From assembly GCF_004010195.1 (NCBI RefSeq), contig NC_057720.1:30562927-30626926 (forward strand): DNA of 64,000 bases. Direction: 5' to 3'. Source of the stretch: Chiloscyllium plagiosum (Eukaryota). Numbering within the stretch: the stretch's first letter is position 1; each line of letters opens with the position of its first letter. Positions 49,693 through 64,000 of this stretch are shown in pieces. The notes under the pieces were generated by a model. It saw only the letters and a program-made list of their open reading frames with translations, was not told the DNA's origin and did no database searches. Made by a program: the position numbers and the translations under genes.

Positions 49693-50809
49693 AAAAAACT
49701 AAAACTTCTTTTTCGTCTATAGTTCTTCTTTTGCTGCCAACAGATTGGCATAGACTGAGACGAACTGGAGTTGCTTCACTGTCAGCACTTTTAAAAAAAA
49801 TAATGCACATGATATATGCTTATTGCCAGTATTTAACATGGTGACTGCACCATTTGTATTAGCCTTTAGTCTATTCATTGATATGGTCAGGCCATAGAGA
49901 CGACAATTAGGCAAAACGAATAGGGTAATGCAAAAAAAAATTTTGATTAAAGTTATTTTAAACTTTTAGGTTTTTTTTGTAAACTTCCTTTGTCTTTATA
50001 TTGTACAAGCACATGGTGTTCAGAAATGTAAGCTCACCTTTAGCTATTTGTGTACTGCATAGAAGATCGCATTCACTCTAAGCTCTGATGCTGTTTAGCA
50101 AGCATGGAGCTTCTGAGACAAACAGGCCATGGAGTTAGATTATAACACAATGAAACAGAACACTAGAATTCTTTGTTTTGTTATGATGCTTCATAAAGAT
50201 CAGCCTATTTGCAACTATCTCAACTTCTGTCAGATGGAAATGCCGGTTATACTTTTCAGTCTTTGCAGAAAACAGAAACTAACCAAAAATGACATTCATT
50301 CATATGCAGAGGTGCTTTCTTTGGAAACAAGAAGAATGTGTTCCAAGTCTTGCACCAGTTCATGAATTATCTGGCAACTTCTAGATCCATTAGTTCCCTG
50401 TTGCTTCCTCTGTAGCAAAACCTCAGCCAGAAGTGAGTTGGCAACCAATCAGCATTCCTGTTGCCAGAATTTGTATATAAAATAGGTGGGAAGATAGGTT
50501 GCAATGAAGATAGAAGAAATTTACAAATGGATATGGTTAGGTAAGATGAATGGGCCAAAATCTGGCAGTTGAAGCTTCATGTGGACAAGTGAGGTTATGC
50601 ATTTTGCTTGGAGTAAAAGCAACGTATTATCCAAGTGTGGAGAAACTTTGGAGGGTTCAGTGTAGGGGGGTCGGGGTGTCCTCATGCACAAATCACAGAA
50701 AGCAGGTGCAGCATGTGGAAGGCAAATGGAATTTTGGCATTTATTGCTAAAGGAGTAGAGTATAATTAACCCAGTCCAACTCAGCACCACCCTCCAGACC
50801 CATCCATCA

Positions 50810-51280
50810 CTGCCCCCTCTGCTCAGGACCATATGAAACTACAGAAAGTTGTGAACACAGTCCAGACAATCACACAAACCAACCTCCCCATCCATGGACT
50901 CCATCTACATTTTGCGTTGCCACGGAAAGGCAACCAATATAATCAAAGACCCCTCCAACCCTGGTAATACTCTCGCCCAACCATTTCCTTCAGGGGGAAG
51001 AGAGAGAAACTTCAACAAATGTATCAACAGGTTCAAAAGCAGCTTCTTCCCTGCTGTTGTTAGAGAGGTCCATTCAGCAATCTAATTTCAAATCTAACGT
51101 TGATCTTGCTTTTGTGCACCTCCTGTGCAGCCGTAACCTTGTATACCTCGCTCTGTCTAAACAGCCTATGAGCTATGTGTCCTTGCATGTTATGATCTGC
51201 CTGCACTGCAAGCAAAACAAAACGTTTCACTGTACTTAGGTACATGTGACAACAATAAATCAAACCAAATCAAAACAAAC
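50810..51280 (+). mobile_element. Rex1/Babar-like LINE 3' fragment
   Basis: CHGKATNIIKDPS...PSG...NRFKSSFFP; (CAAA)-rich tail. Confidence 0.7.
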
Positions 51281-53220
51281 ATCCTGGTACCCTCGCCAAA
51301 GCCTCCACAACCTTCTCGTAGTCTGGCCACCAGAACCATACACAATATTCCAAATGGGACCTAACTAAAGTCTATACAGTTGCAACATGACTTGCCAATT
51401 TATATGCTCTACGCCCTGACCAATTAAGGCAAGCATGCCACATGTCGTCATGACCATCATATCCACTTGTGTTGCCCATTTCAGGGAACTGTGGACCTGT
51501 ACACCTACATCCCTCTGTATATTGATGCTGCTAAAGGTTCTGCCTTTTCCTGTATACTCTTTCAAGCATTAGATCTCTCAAAATGCATCACCTTACATTT
51601 GTCAGGAATAAACTCCACCTGCCATTTCTCTGCCCAAATCTCCAGCTTACCTATATCCTGCTGTCTCCTTTGGAAATCCTCCTATCCGCAGCTCCCCCAA
51701 TTTGCAGACTTTTTAATCATTCTCCCCCAACTCGTTCATATATATTACAAAGAATAGGGGTCCCCCAGCACCTTGGTCGCAGATCTCTAGTCAGAAAAAA
51801 TACTCTTTCATTGCAGATACCATACCTTCTGTGATGAAGTCAGTTCTGTATCCATCTTACTAGCTCACTGCAGATACAATGTCACTTCACCTTTTTTATC
51901 AGCTTGCCACTGGGGATCTTGTCAAAGGCTTTGCTAACGTCCATAAAGACAACATCTACCATCCTGCCCTCAATCAGCTTTATCACTTCCAAATGGCAGT
52001 TGTGGTGGGGTTGGCGCTGTGGCATTAGTAGGTCCAACGTAGGCGGCTTTGGTGAGTCCAGTTCAAGATTCATGACGGCAAGGGTGATCTGGACATTTTC
52101 TTTTCCTTTTGTTTCTGTCTCTAATTTCAGGTCTTGTTTTTAATCCTAACTATTGTATTCTAAGATGTCACGGAGAGTGGCAATTCTGTACACTTTTCAC
52201 TGTACTCTTTACTCAGGTACACGTGACAATAACATCTCATCCAATGTAAAAAAGTTTGAGAGACATGACCTTTCCTGGACAAAGTCATGCTGCCTATCGC
52301 TAATTGAATTTACAGTTTTCCAGATGTGAGTAAGGATTGACTCCAGACGTGAAAAGGTTGTCTTATGAAGAGAGATCGAGCAGTTTAGGCCTACATTCTC
52401 TGGAGTTTAGAAGAATGAAAGGAGTAGCAGATCATGTTTAATTTAGATATACGCGTAAGTGTTGCATTTTGGTCAGGATTACAAGGGCAGGACTTATGCA
52501 GTTAATGGTAGGGCCCTGGGGAGTACTGCCGAACAAAAAGACGTCTGGTTGCATGTGCATAATTCCTTGAAAAGAGTCACAGGTAGACAGATTAGTGAAG
52601 AAAACATTTGGCATTTTTACCTTCATTGGTCAGAGCATTGAGTGTAGAAGTTGAGACGTCATGTTGCAGTTATATGGGTCATTTTTGGAATATTGCATTC
52701 ACCTCTGGCCGCCCTTCTATAAGGAGGATGTTGTTAAACTTGAAAGAGTGCAGAAAACATTTACAATGATGGTGCTGGGATTGAGGTTTTGAGTTATAGG
52801 GAGAGGCTGAATAGGCTGGGGCATTTTTCCATGGAGGGTCAGAGACAGAGGGGTGATGTTGTAGAGGTTTATAAAATTGTGGGTATGGATGGAATGAATA
52901 GCCAAGGTCTTTTTCTTAGGGTGGAGGAGTCCAAAACAAGAAGACGTAGGTTTAACGGGAGAGGGAAAAGATTTAAAACGGACCGGAGGGGTAAATCTTT
53001 CATGCAGAAGACGGTGCGTATATGGAATGAGCTGCCAGACGAAGCGGTAGAGGCTGTTACAATTACAACATTTAAAAGGCATCTGGATGGGTATATGAAT
53101 AGGAGAGGTTTAGAGGGATAGGGATCAAATGCTGGCAAGTGGGACTAGGTCACATTGGGATTACTAGTTGGTATGGAGGAGTTGGACCAAAGGCTCTGTT
53201 TCTATGTTGTATGTCTCTAA
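51281..53220. mobile_element. Cluster of CR1 fragments (- at about 51281-51990, + at about 52435-53220)
   Basis: Minus-strand VDVVFMDVSKAFDK and GVQVHSSLK; plus-strand SYRERLNRLG...WNELP. Confidence 0.85.
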
Positions 53221-55284
53221 ATCAGGATGGCATGACTTGGAAGGTAACTTACAGGTGGCAGTATTTTCAAGTGTTTGTTCCTTTGTTCTTCTTGCTGGTA
53301 GCGTTGAGTGTTTCACGGGTGCCTTGGTGAGCAGTGTACCATATACATAGCACACGTTGCCCTTAGGCGAATTAATGCAAATCAGTTGGGCCACTTTGTC
53401 TTGGATGATGTTGAGCTTTTTGTGTTTTCTTGAAGCTGCAGTCATAGAGGCAAATGGGGAGTGTTCCATCACATTCGTGACTGCAGATGGTGGGCAGGCT
53501 TTGGGCAGTCACACTGTGAGTTAATTCCCTCCCTAAAGGCATTGTGGGTCAAGCTAACCCAGGTGGACTGCAGTGGTTCAAGAAAGCAGCTCGGTTCTAC
53601 TTTCTCAACGGAAGCACTGGACAGGCAATAAATTTTGGCCCAGCCAGTGACGCTTATGTCCCACAAGTGAATATTAAAAACATCCTGAGGATTACTATCA
53701 ACTAGAGATTGAACTGGACTGGCCATGTAAATTTTGAGGCTACAAAAATAGGGCAGAAGCTAGGAATTTTGAGGTGAGTAAATCAGCTCCTGTCACCTTA
53801 AATATTGTGCCTTACAAGGCAGATGTCAAAAAAGCAATTGAATACCCTCCACTTGCAGCCCCAACAGCACTTAAATAGCTCAACACCATTGCAGTCCACT
53901 TGACTGGCACTACATCTACCATTTCCATCACTATGAACACAGCGGCAGCAATATGCACCATGCACAACATACACTCCAGTAATTCACTAAGGCTCTTTTG
54001 ACCATACTTTAACAAAAAAACAGGGAACTACAGACCTACGCGTCTGATGTCAGTAGTAGGGAAACTCTGGAATCCATTTTAAAGGAAGCGATTACTGGAT
54101 ATTTAAAATCTGATGTCTGTTTGGATGTCAACACCGATTCACGAGGAAATCATGACTGACAAACCCGGTTGAATGTGTTTCAGTATCTTATGAGCAGTAT
54201 CTTATGGATTTTCTGAAGTCTTTTAATAAAGACCCACACAAATAGCTAGTAAACAAATTTAAATGCATGGGATTGGGGGTGATATACCACTGGAACTCAT
54301 TCGCAGCATTGTCAGTGTACCTATGCTTTATGAACTACAGCAGTTCAAGAAAGAAGCTCATTACCACATTCTTGAGGGAAAATAGGAATGGACAAGAAAT
54401 GCTGGCTGAGGCAGCGATGCCCATGCCCCATAAATGAATCATAAACTCCCTCTTGTACATTTCTATTGATGTACTTACACGTATTGCAGTAGTGCAAGAA
54501 GTTAGCTCGTCATCACTCTCTCAAAGACAACAAATGCTGGCTGTGCCTTTATCCTATTTCCTAAACAAATATACATGTAAAAAAAAACCTGACATGTTTG
54601 TGGAAGTTAGAAAAGCAGAAAATGATTCTGTCACTTTACTTTGAATGGAACAGGCACCTTCCAATGACTGGGAATATTTTAGAAAAAGTAGAATTGTATG
54701 AAGTGACAGCAATTTAGTAAAGGTCCCAAGTGGAATACCCTGCTGTCTAATAAGGTGTTTAAGGCCTGCAGATTATATTTAAATAATAGTGCTTGAAAAA
54801 CATTCAAGGAACACAGTTGCCTTGCAGATAGAGTAGATGTTGGAAATTTCACTCTATGCTCCAGAATTAGCAGTGGGACAATTACAAAGGCCTGTTTGCC
54901 TTGATAGAGTCATAGAGATGTACAGCACGGAAACAGACCCTTCAGTCCAACTCATCCATGCCAACCAGATATCCCAACCTTTGATAATGTACAAATAAGA
55001 AAAATACTTTTGAGAAGCAATCTGCAAGTGTTTTGCCAAGAGTTATCCAAGATTGTCTTTTCTCGTGATACAATTGATAAATAATCTAGTTTGCTTAAAG
55101 TTGGCACTAACCACATTTACAGAATCCAATTTGATGCTTAACTGGGATGAAAAAGTGCACACTCTTAATTTCAGGGCTCTTTGTTTTATGAGGTTTTGTA
55201 CTTCTTGGTTACATAGCATAATAGGCATGGTTGTTTGAAATACTGCACATTTAAATCAACAGATTAGGTGGCACTTTAGTTTTT

Positions 55285-58200
55285 TTAAAATCATTAAGTT
55301 TTATTAAGATACTTTTCATACTGTTTTTTTTTAAAAAGGAAGATTGACATTACAGCTTACAAACATTCCCTGGGCAATACAGAACTCAACTGCCAACACA
55401 TATGGACAATGCACCATTATTTGTATTGATTCAGGAATGAAAAACATAGCCTTGCTTGTTGCACTTTTTTTTGCCTCTTGGGTTAAAGAACAAATTCAAT
55501 TTCTCTCCCCACAAAACACATGGGTTAATCATCCACAAATAACTGTGTGCCTTTAAGAGTCTTCTTATAGACCAACACCCATAATTCATTAGATACTAGT
55601 CAAACATGCAATCTAATGATCAGAAAGACTGGATTTTATCCTTTTCCTCCTTTCTGCCAATTTCAGAGTCTACGGGGATATTGCACTCGGTTTTCTTTAA
55701 AGAACAGTTAACACCTGCAGAACACCAATGCATTTTCCACAGAATCAGGTTATTAAAGAGAGGCAGCCATGATGAAATGCACACTGATTACATGACTCCT
55801 TTAAAATAAATCAGAGGATCTTCACAAAAACTGCTATTAGTTTTCTCTCCATGAAATATTCTGAAGGTAAAATATCGAACCACTGTACATCATGTTCAAA
55901 CAAAACATTTTAACACAGAATTTGGAAACACTTTCTCAAGTGAGGTTGAAAACAAAAGTATTTTAAATGGCACACCTGTTTTCTCTGTAACAATGGAATC
56001 TTTCTTTTTGGGGGGGGGGGGGGTTTAACAAAATAATGTTTTCTCCCAAACAGCACCAGGAAGACCAATGGCACTGGATAGTGTGCACCTCTTAATCATA
56101 ATTGTCGGAGGAACACAGTTCGCCCCTTTAACAAGAGACTACAATATACTTATTGCACACAAATCAAATAATTCAGATGGTTACAAATGTTTAAAAAGTA
56201 CATTAGTGTCAGGAGTTACTCAATACATTTACAAATTTGAAATTTTTTTAAATGATTAAATCAAAACTAGAGGAAATCTTCTCAAAGGAGTATTATAATC
56301 AGGCATCCAATAAATTCACAGATTCACTAAGTACTGCTAATCAAGACTGCATAGGATCTGAAAACTTCAATGCACTTTGCATAGCCCTTCTATATATTAC
56401 AAAGCCTCAATTTTGTCCATCTTTTATCCACCCTGGAGACAACCACATTATAATAAAGGATAAATTCAACAGTGAAACAGCAATGACACACCAAGAACAT
56501 CAGGGTTTCCATTTCCATCATAATAGTCTCAAAAAGGAAATTTGTTTGGAAATAATATTTAATTTCCATTTTGCTATGACCTGTTACTATTCTGAATGAA
56601 GGTCAAAGTTAGCTTCAAACAGCTAGGACGGTGACTGCTGTTTGGGAATCCATTTGCTTTTAGTTAAGAGACATCAGAACTGCAATCAGTGGTTTATGCC
56701 AAAATAGCCATAAATCATATTCAAAACATCAACATAAGATCAACAATTTTACTTAAAAATTTTAGAAAAACTCAATGGTTCCATCCATTTCTCAAGTGCT
56801 ACTCTATATTACATACATGGTATCATATTCACATGCTGAAACGAAAGGACAAGTGTGACAGCATTAACGTTAGTCTGAAAGAAGATTGTTTTATTACCCT
56901 AGAGCATAAAGAGTACAGTGAATTCATTGATACTGGAAACAGATTAGAAAGGCATACAATTGTGTGGCCTTTGGAAGGTGGAGTTATGGGGATAGAGGAG
57001 AAAAGATGAGTGACTGGTCAGGGTACAAAATATAACACTGTCCATGCATGATGCGTAAATTCCTAAGCAGTTTTATTTGTACACATTGGCATAAAAGTCC
57101 AGTACTCAAAGGATTAAAGATAACTGCAATTAAATTCTCTCCAAGTCATCCTCAATGAATTGCAGAACAGCTATACTGGCTTATAACAGAAATCCAAATT
57201 CTATGGGAGTTGGTAATGCATAAGGGGAGCATTAAACTTGTTTATGAAAGCAGCTAAGTCTTTACCTTCGCAGAGTTATATTAAAGACCTTGTTACCTCA
57301 CTTCACGATCAAAACCCTCATTCCAACCCTCTCCTCCTGACCTTTCTGTACCCATAAGTCAACCATCTGCAGCCATTGAGAGAAGTGGCAACAGAAATAG
57401 GTAATTTGTTTTTGATGGTCGTACAGGTAAAATTTTTCATTTGTTACAGTAATTTGCGTACTGCCTAGATATGGGTTTATCTCCTCTAAGATCTGTTAAT
57501 TAAACATTGGTTTTGCTGATCCATTCCATTTTTGAGCTCAGCTAGGAATTGGACGAGACATTAACGTCTCCACCTACAAACTGTCTCCAGTCAAAACGGC
57601 TCACCTAGGGGCAATGGCTCCAGCGCTAGTGCTCACAAGTGGATAAAATTCTACTCTCCCCTGCTCATCTAATGGTAGGCAGAGCTTTTGGAGATGTCCA
57701 AGCTGTAAATAATAAATGCTTAGAACTGGAACAAGTGTACATTTGAAGAGTGTAAAGTGTGTGTTAGGAACTAAGGGAGGCGGTTGTGAGTGGGGGAATA
57801 AGAAGTTAGTTTTTTACTGGTTAATTGTATTCAACTTTTACATCAGTTTAGTGCAAGCAGTAATAGCAAAATTATTTTGGCTACATATTAAAAAAATGCA
57901 TTGATCACTCGGTCAATCAATTCATAAAAGTGAAAAGAAAACATTAAAATGGATTAAATTTAAATTGACAATGTGGTCAACATACATCAGTTTATATAGA
58001 GAGCTATGCCTCCTAATTCAAGACTCTGTTAGTGGAAATGTTAACTAATCTTTGGGGGTAAGGAAGGGCACGAGAGTGAGAAAAATGTCAGATCAGTGCT
58101 GGAAATCTTTTTAAAGAGTTTGACCTACAGTGGTCAAATTATTAGAGTCAGATTACATTTATGTAAAGTTATTACAATTGTAGTCCATTTTGGCACATTG

Positions 58201-61200
58201 GCTCAAACATAACTTCTCAGACTTCGATTTGATACAGAGATGAAACAGAGGAAATGCAGCAAGAACTCAGATATCCCTTCTCCCAGAGATGGGAAAAATT
58301 TTTGGTTCCCTTGCTTACTTCTGTTTAGCTGCCTCGATTAATAAGAAGTCTGGTAACTTGGTTCTGTTCCAGGACACAATTACATGAAAAGGGGCAAAAC
58401 AGAATTACAAGGGAGTGTTTAAAAAAAAAGTGATGCTGTTGGAACCTACTTGTTAGGTTAAAATAAAACTAAAGCCAAAGTAAGGAGCAGCAACCAAAAA
58501 CACCATAAGCAGTGGAACAGGTTAGCATACTGGTCAATTCTGTAAACTGGATTCAAATTCAACTACAAAGCAGGAGGTTAAAAAATATTCTCTTCCCGTT
58601 GGTTGCAAACGTTTTAGTCAAAACAATCTCTAAAGCTGGCTCATTGTGACAGTCAGTTTGCCTTGCAGAATTGCTGAAAGACTTGAAATGGAAAGGTCAT
58701 ACTGCTGCTTTTCTGAGACTGGAATAAGGCGTATAGTTTGGGCCACAGAGGAATCTTAACTTTGCATCTGGCCCATAAATGTAACTAATAATGATACTGG
58801 ACACCAAAAAAATGGACAAATTGTTTTCCACAAGTAAGATCTTTCACATCTGATAGGCATAAAGCAACTAAAATCAAGTGGACATGAGAACATGAGTAAC
58901 TTGTAACTAATTTTTGTTGTCACCCATTTTGCCCACTTTAATGATAAATGATCAAATTACCACATTGCCACTAATTTACTCATTAGAAGGAGGTACTGCA
59001 ACATATTCTTTATTTGTTAGCATGGATGAGCATGTAACTTTCAATATTTCTTCCCTTCAGCATAAGGATTATTAAAGCAGATGTTGAAGATTTCCAATTA
59101 ATGCCACTGCGCAGTTGTAACAGAGGCTTTCTGGGATGTTTAAAAAGGGAGCCATGGCTAGAATCTAACCAATCCCACTGTCGCTACCTGGTAGTTTTAT
59201 TGTGCCAAGGCTTCATTTTAAGATCCAGAAAAAAAATAATAAAAAGGCACTTGTGGCCATCTGTGCCTTTGGTTTTCTGGTCCAGAGCAGACACCATGAT
59301 TTGACAAAAGCTCAGCCCCCAGTGTGTCACTCTTGGGATATTGTGACTGTACAGTAAGGCAGAGGATCAAGGCTTATTCATTGAAATATTGGCAAAAAAA
59401 AAACACCCCGAATGACAAATAAAAATCTCTTGCATCCACGTCCCAGAAAAATCATAAATTGGCACAAAGTAGAGGCTGAAAAAGTGACTGGGACGCTGAC
59501 AGCAATTGTGACTTGTGTGAATCTCACTCAGCACATAATCATTCCAATTGCACAATTCAGCCCAAGCAATCTCATTGATTTCCAGTGATTCCCAGGAGGT
59601 ACTTTATGTCTTCCTAACTGATTATTCTGTGGCAGCATTTTGGCAGATTGAATAATCAGTGTACAATTCAGCAATGGGAAGTGATGCTGCAGTCAATGCA
59701 CAGATAAGTATTCAGATTTCCAAAAGTTCCAATGACACTGGAAAAACAAAAATGTGCTCTTGCCCCTTTCACCGGCATAACCTAAATGTAGGTCAGAATA
59801 AGCTGCCTCCAGGTTGATGCAATTCTTCTTAGGTTTACACTGCGACCTTCTTCATTGTTAGCAATTAACATCATGGTTCACATTGGTTGGGCATTCAAGT
59901 TAATTGTAGGCTGGTCATAATGATAAATGAATTTGAATACAGCGGAAGTTAGCCAACAGCAGACCAAAATTTAACATGTGACCATTTTGATTAAAAACAG
60001 CTATTGAACATACATTAACAAAACAAACAACTTAAAAAAGTTCATTTTTAAACATTATACAAACATCTTTAAAACCCAATCAGAAAACAGCATTATACTA
60101 CATGACCTCTTGTACATTGTCACAGGCCAGTGAAAAGATTAAAGCACTGTACAGTTAAATGTTCTAATAATAAAAAGAACAATGCTCAAGTAGTAACCCC
60201 AGATTGATGCTCATTCCTGGATCCAGTACAGCAGCTAAATTCACAACCCTAATTTCAATTTTGTTTGGAGGCAAGTCATATTAATGAGTCTATACTAGTG
60301 AACGGCACCATCCTAGGGTCGAGCAATGAAGCATTTCAAATGCAGTTTTCTCCTTCTATACTTTGATTGAAACAATCAGATATTACAATATTTAGAAGTC
60401 TTAGCATAATAAAAAATGTAGTTGCTTTTACACAGAAATTTACATGCAATATTTTCAAGGTAGAAACTTGAAAATCTGCCTTTTCAAGGTAGATTTGCAG
60501 CCTGGGTGGTGGTAATTTACTCTTCTAGGTGGAACTGATGTGAGGTGTGACAAGATTAACAGAAAGTAGTTGTTGGGGTGCAAAAACGTTTTAGGGGTAT
60601 CACCAAAAAAGTACTATATTTAAAATGGTTTTGTGGAAGATTGATAATTATCCTCTTTATTTGCAGGTGACAATAATTCTGAATAGACTTTAAAAGATGG
60701 AAAGGTATGATTGTTCTACATATTTAATCCAAATTTTAATAACGGGATGCTTTTGTGGATTACAATTACTTCAAAGTTTTCAAAATACCACAAATGCACT
60801 GCTCTCTTAGTTTCTGAATCCTTTTATTCTTAAAGTGATTATCATGTTTTAAGGATTAATTTGGTTATCTGGTTCCAAAGTGATTGGGACTGGAAATTAA
60901 GAGTACATTTAAGAGTAAGACGATAATTCACTTTGGCATTTCTCTTTACCAAAGATTATGAATTATTCAAACAGCAGATCCAGGGTATTGTCCACCAATA
61001 CATTAACTCTATCTCCACTGGGGTTACTAACTTAAGCAATACTATTCTTCCCTGGGTTAGAAAAAAAAAAGGCTGAGAACCTCTTAGTCAAACCTTTCTG
61101 GGTCAATACATGATCAATACAGATTTAAAATATTTGGATTAAATGGTTATCGACAACCAATTAGATGTCAAGGAAGAAAGCAATAACTTCCCACAAAATT

Positions 61201-63034
61201 GAACATTCCCCAATGTAGTTTATCATTAGCCCATATCAAACAAAGTTTCAATTGATTTGCTTTGTTAATTAGTGAATTTATATCAAATCTCCACTGAAAT
61301 AATTATATCAAAGACACACAAGTGATGATCTGTTGTATTGATATATTGAAATACTGTTGTATTTCTCCCACTCCCAAGTTCATAACTAACACCCACAATA
61401 TTGCTGTACCATCACATACAGACACCTATGTATTGGACAAGTATGCAATATCAATGATGTAACTGATTGCAATATGTCTATTAATAGTTGATAGCAATTG
61501 CTTAAAGCTTTAATCAATAGACTACAATTAATAACCCTTTAATAGGATGTCACCGCGCATATGACATGGGATATTCTGGAAATCAGCATCCACCATACTT
61601 GTCAAGGCAAAAATAATTCCAATAAATAATATTTGCTATATTGTGGGAAGCTTGAAGTACCAGTGCTTTACACTTCAGAATGGCCACCCATGGGTCTGTG
61701 CCAGTAATTCTCCACAGCATGTGCTCATCTTACCAGTATTACCATAAGAATGTTCAAGGTAAGGCTAATAATCTTTCAAAGGCTAGTTTGAAACCCTTAG
61801 CTAGGTCATTATACACAGCTTTCATTGGATGGTTTTGCAATATTACAAGAATTGTTCCAAATAGATTAGTTACCTCCTTTGCTGAGATATTATTTCAAAT
61901 GGGAGATGGATAAATATAAATTTTGTCAAGGTAGTCAATCCTCAAAAACAAAAAGGTCTTTTTTAAAAATGAACTATTTTACTTTTGTGCTGCCTTGTAT
62001 CTTCAACCAAATCATTTGTTTTTGAAAACAAGCCTGTTAGGATAAATTCAGAAGCTACAAGTGACAACTTAATCAATTCGGGTAGGTAAATCTCAGCTAA
62101 ATAAATATTACACACTTGCCCATTACGTACGCTAGTGATGTTACACAGGAGTGAAGAGTGATTCAAAAACAAATTATAGCTCATTAAAAACCAAAAACAG
62201 ATACATATTTTTGAAGTGATCAGACTAGTTTTTGCAATTTTATAACATCAGTTTGGATAGTGAAATATCACCAACTAAAATTCAATCTGTCTGTAGGAAA
62301 TGACCAAAGGTTGGACTTTAAGTTCCTCACACAAAATATACATTCACAACATTAACCTCATTGGAAAATGGCTGCCAGTCATATGGATTCTAAAAGAAAA
62401 AAGTTGCCTTTATTAAAGTATTCATTTAATATTTAATAAAGTATCAGACTGCTGCTGAACTGTCAGTATGCACTGTCAGTACATTCTTGTAAACCTAAAC
62501 TCCTCTTTGCACAACAGTGGGACCAGCTAAATATTCCAAGACACAATTGCTGCAACCAAGTGAACAGACTTACTGGGTGTTCTATTATACAAATAAAATT
62601 AAATCTATATAACGTAATAACAGAGTATTTTGTTACTCTGAAAAATCTGAACTCTGGGAACTATTATACACAAATCAACAAGCTCTCCTCTCCTCAAGAC
62701 TGTACTAAAACCTTAAATCAAATCCTCCGTAGTTACTACTGAAAGCATTAGATAAAATTTGTTTTTTGTACATTCACAAGCACAACCACGAGTTATCCTT
62801 TTCCATACAAAATCTTCAAAGAACAGGGAGAGACTTGCATCGTCTTGAGCTTGAACTGGCAGCAAAATTGGCTCCATAACAGCTATCAAAGGCTTGCTGT
62901 CTGCAACCTGGATGTACGTACATCTTCCCTAAATTGACTGTTGCCTAAAGCCATCTGGCATGGTGCCCAGTTCTTCACTGAACTGACACCAAGCAAAGAT
63001 TATTGACTATTCCCATAGATGTTCCAGTCATCTC
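55285..63034 (-). other. USP24: Probable long USP24 3'UTR (extent inferred)
   Basis: AT-rich stretch lacking young TEs, directly after the stop codon. A minus-strand AATAAA lies at 55300-55305 near where TE-dense DNA resumes. Confidence 0.45.
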
Positions 63035-63097
63035 TTATGGGTCCATTTCATCAAGGTCACTTTTAGAATCACCAAGCATCATGGGAGACTCAGAGCC
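63035..63097 (-). CDS. USP24: USP24 last coding exon (rest of gene lies beyond the window)
   Basis: Minus strand: pyrimidine tract, then aag|GGC, encoding GSESPMMLGDSKSDLDEMDP*. This matches the human USP24 C-terminus as recalled (GSESPMMIGELRSDLDDVDP) and the expected convergent position. Confidence 0.92.
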   Translation of the reverse strand, partial: GSESPMMLGDSKSDLDEMDP

Positions 63098-64000
63098 CTT
63101 AGAATGAAGAAACAAAGGAAAGTGTTAGTGGAACAAATAATTACCTTTAAAGACAGCTTGTAATATACAACAGATGCAATGACGGATAGAGAAGCTAGAC
63201 AATATGTTGCTTCACAACTGAGAAGATTAACCTTTTAAGTGCTGGCCACGATTGCTCAAAGCACGGGGGGGGGGGGGCGTTGGTGGAAAACAGCTGCAGC
63301 AGCAGGCATATCTTCCCCTAAAAGTTCCCAAACCACTCGGGAATATTCACTCATTAGAGCAACCAACAGGAGAAAAGTCACCCCGACAAACAGAACGGAA
63401 GAAAAGGGTGGTGGGAGTGCTGGTTAGAACAAGTTAAGATTGGAGGTGGGTTGGAGCTGACAGGAAGAAGCAAGGAGCTGGCAAAGTGAGGAGAGGTCCA
63501 GGAGTTGGTGGGATGAGAGTTGGGGTGGGGTGGAGAGAATCACAATTAGCCAGAATGCATTGTGGTCTTTTATCGACGTCTAGAAGTGGCCTTTTGCTGG
63601 ATCTGGGCATTGTCTGCTGGGTCCTGGGTGGGAGTGTCAACAAGAGTCAGGCAGAGATGGGAGGACATGTTGGTTTTGGTAGGACAAGTCAGTTTCAGGT
63701 GGACTGGGAGAGGGAATGGAGGTTGCAAGAGGTGCGAGCAGGAAGAATGAGGCAATAAAAGAAAGGGAACTGCTTTAAACTGGTCAAAGGAGTAGTACTC
63801 TGCTTTTTGGGGTCCAAGAAAACTCCATTTTGCTAAGGAAATGAATTCCTTGCAAATGATTGTGCAATTTCAAGCTATGGCTGCATAAATTGTTATTTGG
63901 AAAATACATAATGGACTCTCCTGCAATGAAGTTAATAAATTTAAATGGGTGATTGCGATCTGAGATACAATAAATGCAGGTGTAACTGCCGTACTAAACT

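Noticed and set aside
56068..57009. ORFs of 63-115 aa
   Set aside because: No recognisable domain or exon structure; consistent with chance ORFs antisense to the USP24 3' region.
62911..62924. Perfect 14-bp palindrome GATGTACGTACATC
   Set aside because: A few palindromes of this size are expected by chance in 64 kb, and there is no supporting context.
63239..63758. Overlapping short ORFs in G-rich sequence as further USP24 exons or a new gene
   Set aside because: No resemblance to the preceding USP24 sequence and no convincing splice sites; treated as intron.

Overview
Vertebrate (eukaryotic) genomic DNA, very probably a shark or other cartilaginous fish, inferred from HE1-like SINEs, HER1/CR1-like LINEs and Deu-domain SINEs. 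The window holds a complete, apparently intact 12-exon PCSK9 gene on the + strand (ATG 27421, stop 47601, about 674 aa, all GT-AG introns, catalytic D/H/S and LDLR-contact residues retained). The last coding exon of USP24 and a probable long 3'UTR lie on the - strand, tail-to-tail with PCSK9 as in human. Most of the rest is retrotransposon sequence: a full-length but mutated L1-clade element with a 16-bp TSD, many CR1/HER1 fragments, HE1 and Deu SINEs, Rex/Babar-like tails and several Penelope-like element (PLE) families. There are two assembly gaps. The most notable observations are (1) a proximal-promoter SRE (GTGGCGTGAT) with an HNF1-like site 27 bp upstream, matching the human PCSK9 sterol-response module as I recall it, and (2) minimal hammerhead-ribozyme cores in at least four PLE families, one lying sense in PCSK9 intron 2. 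I see no evidence of a wholly new gene system. TE family names, TE boundaries and human comparisons come from manual reading and memory, not database searches.
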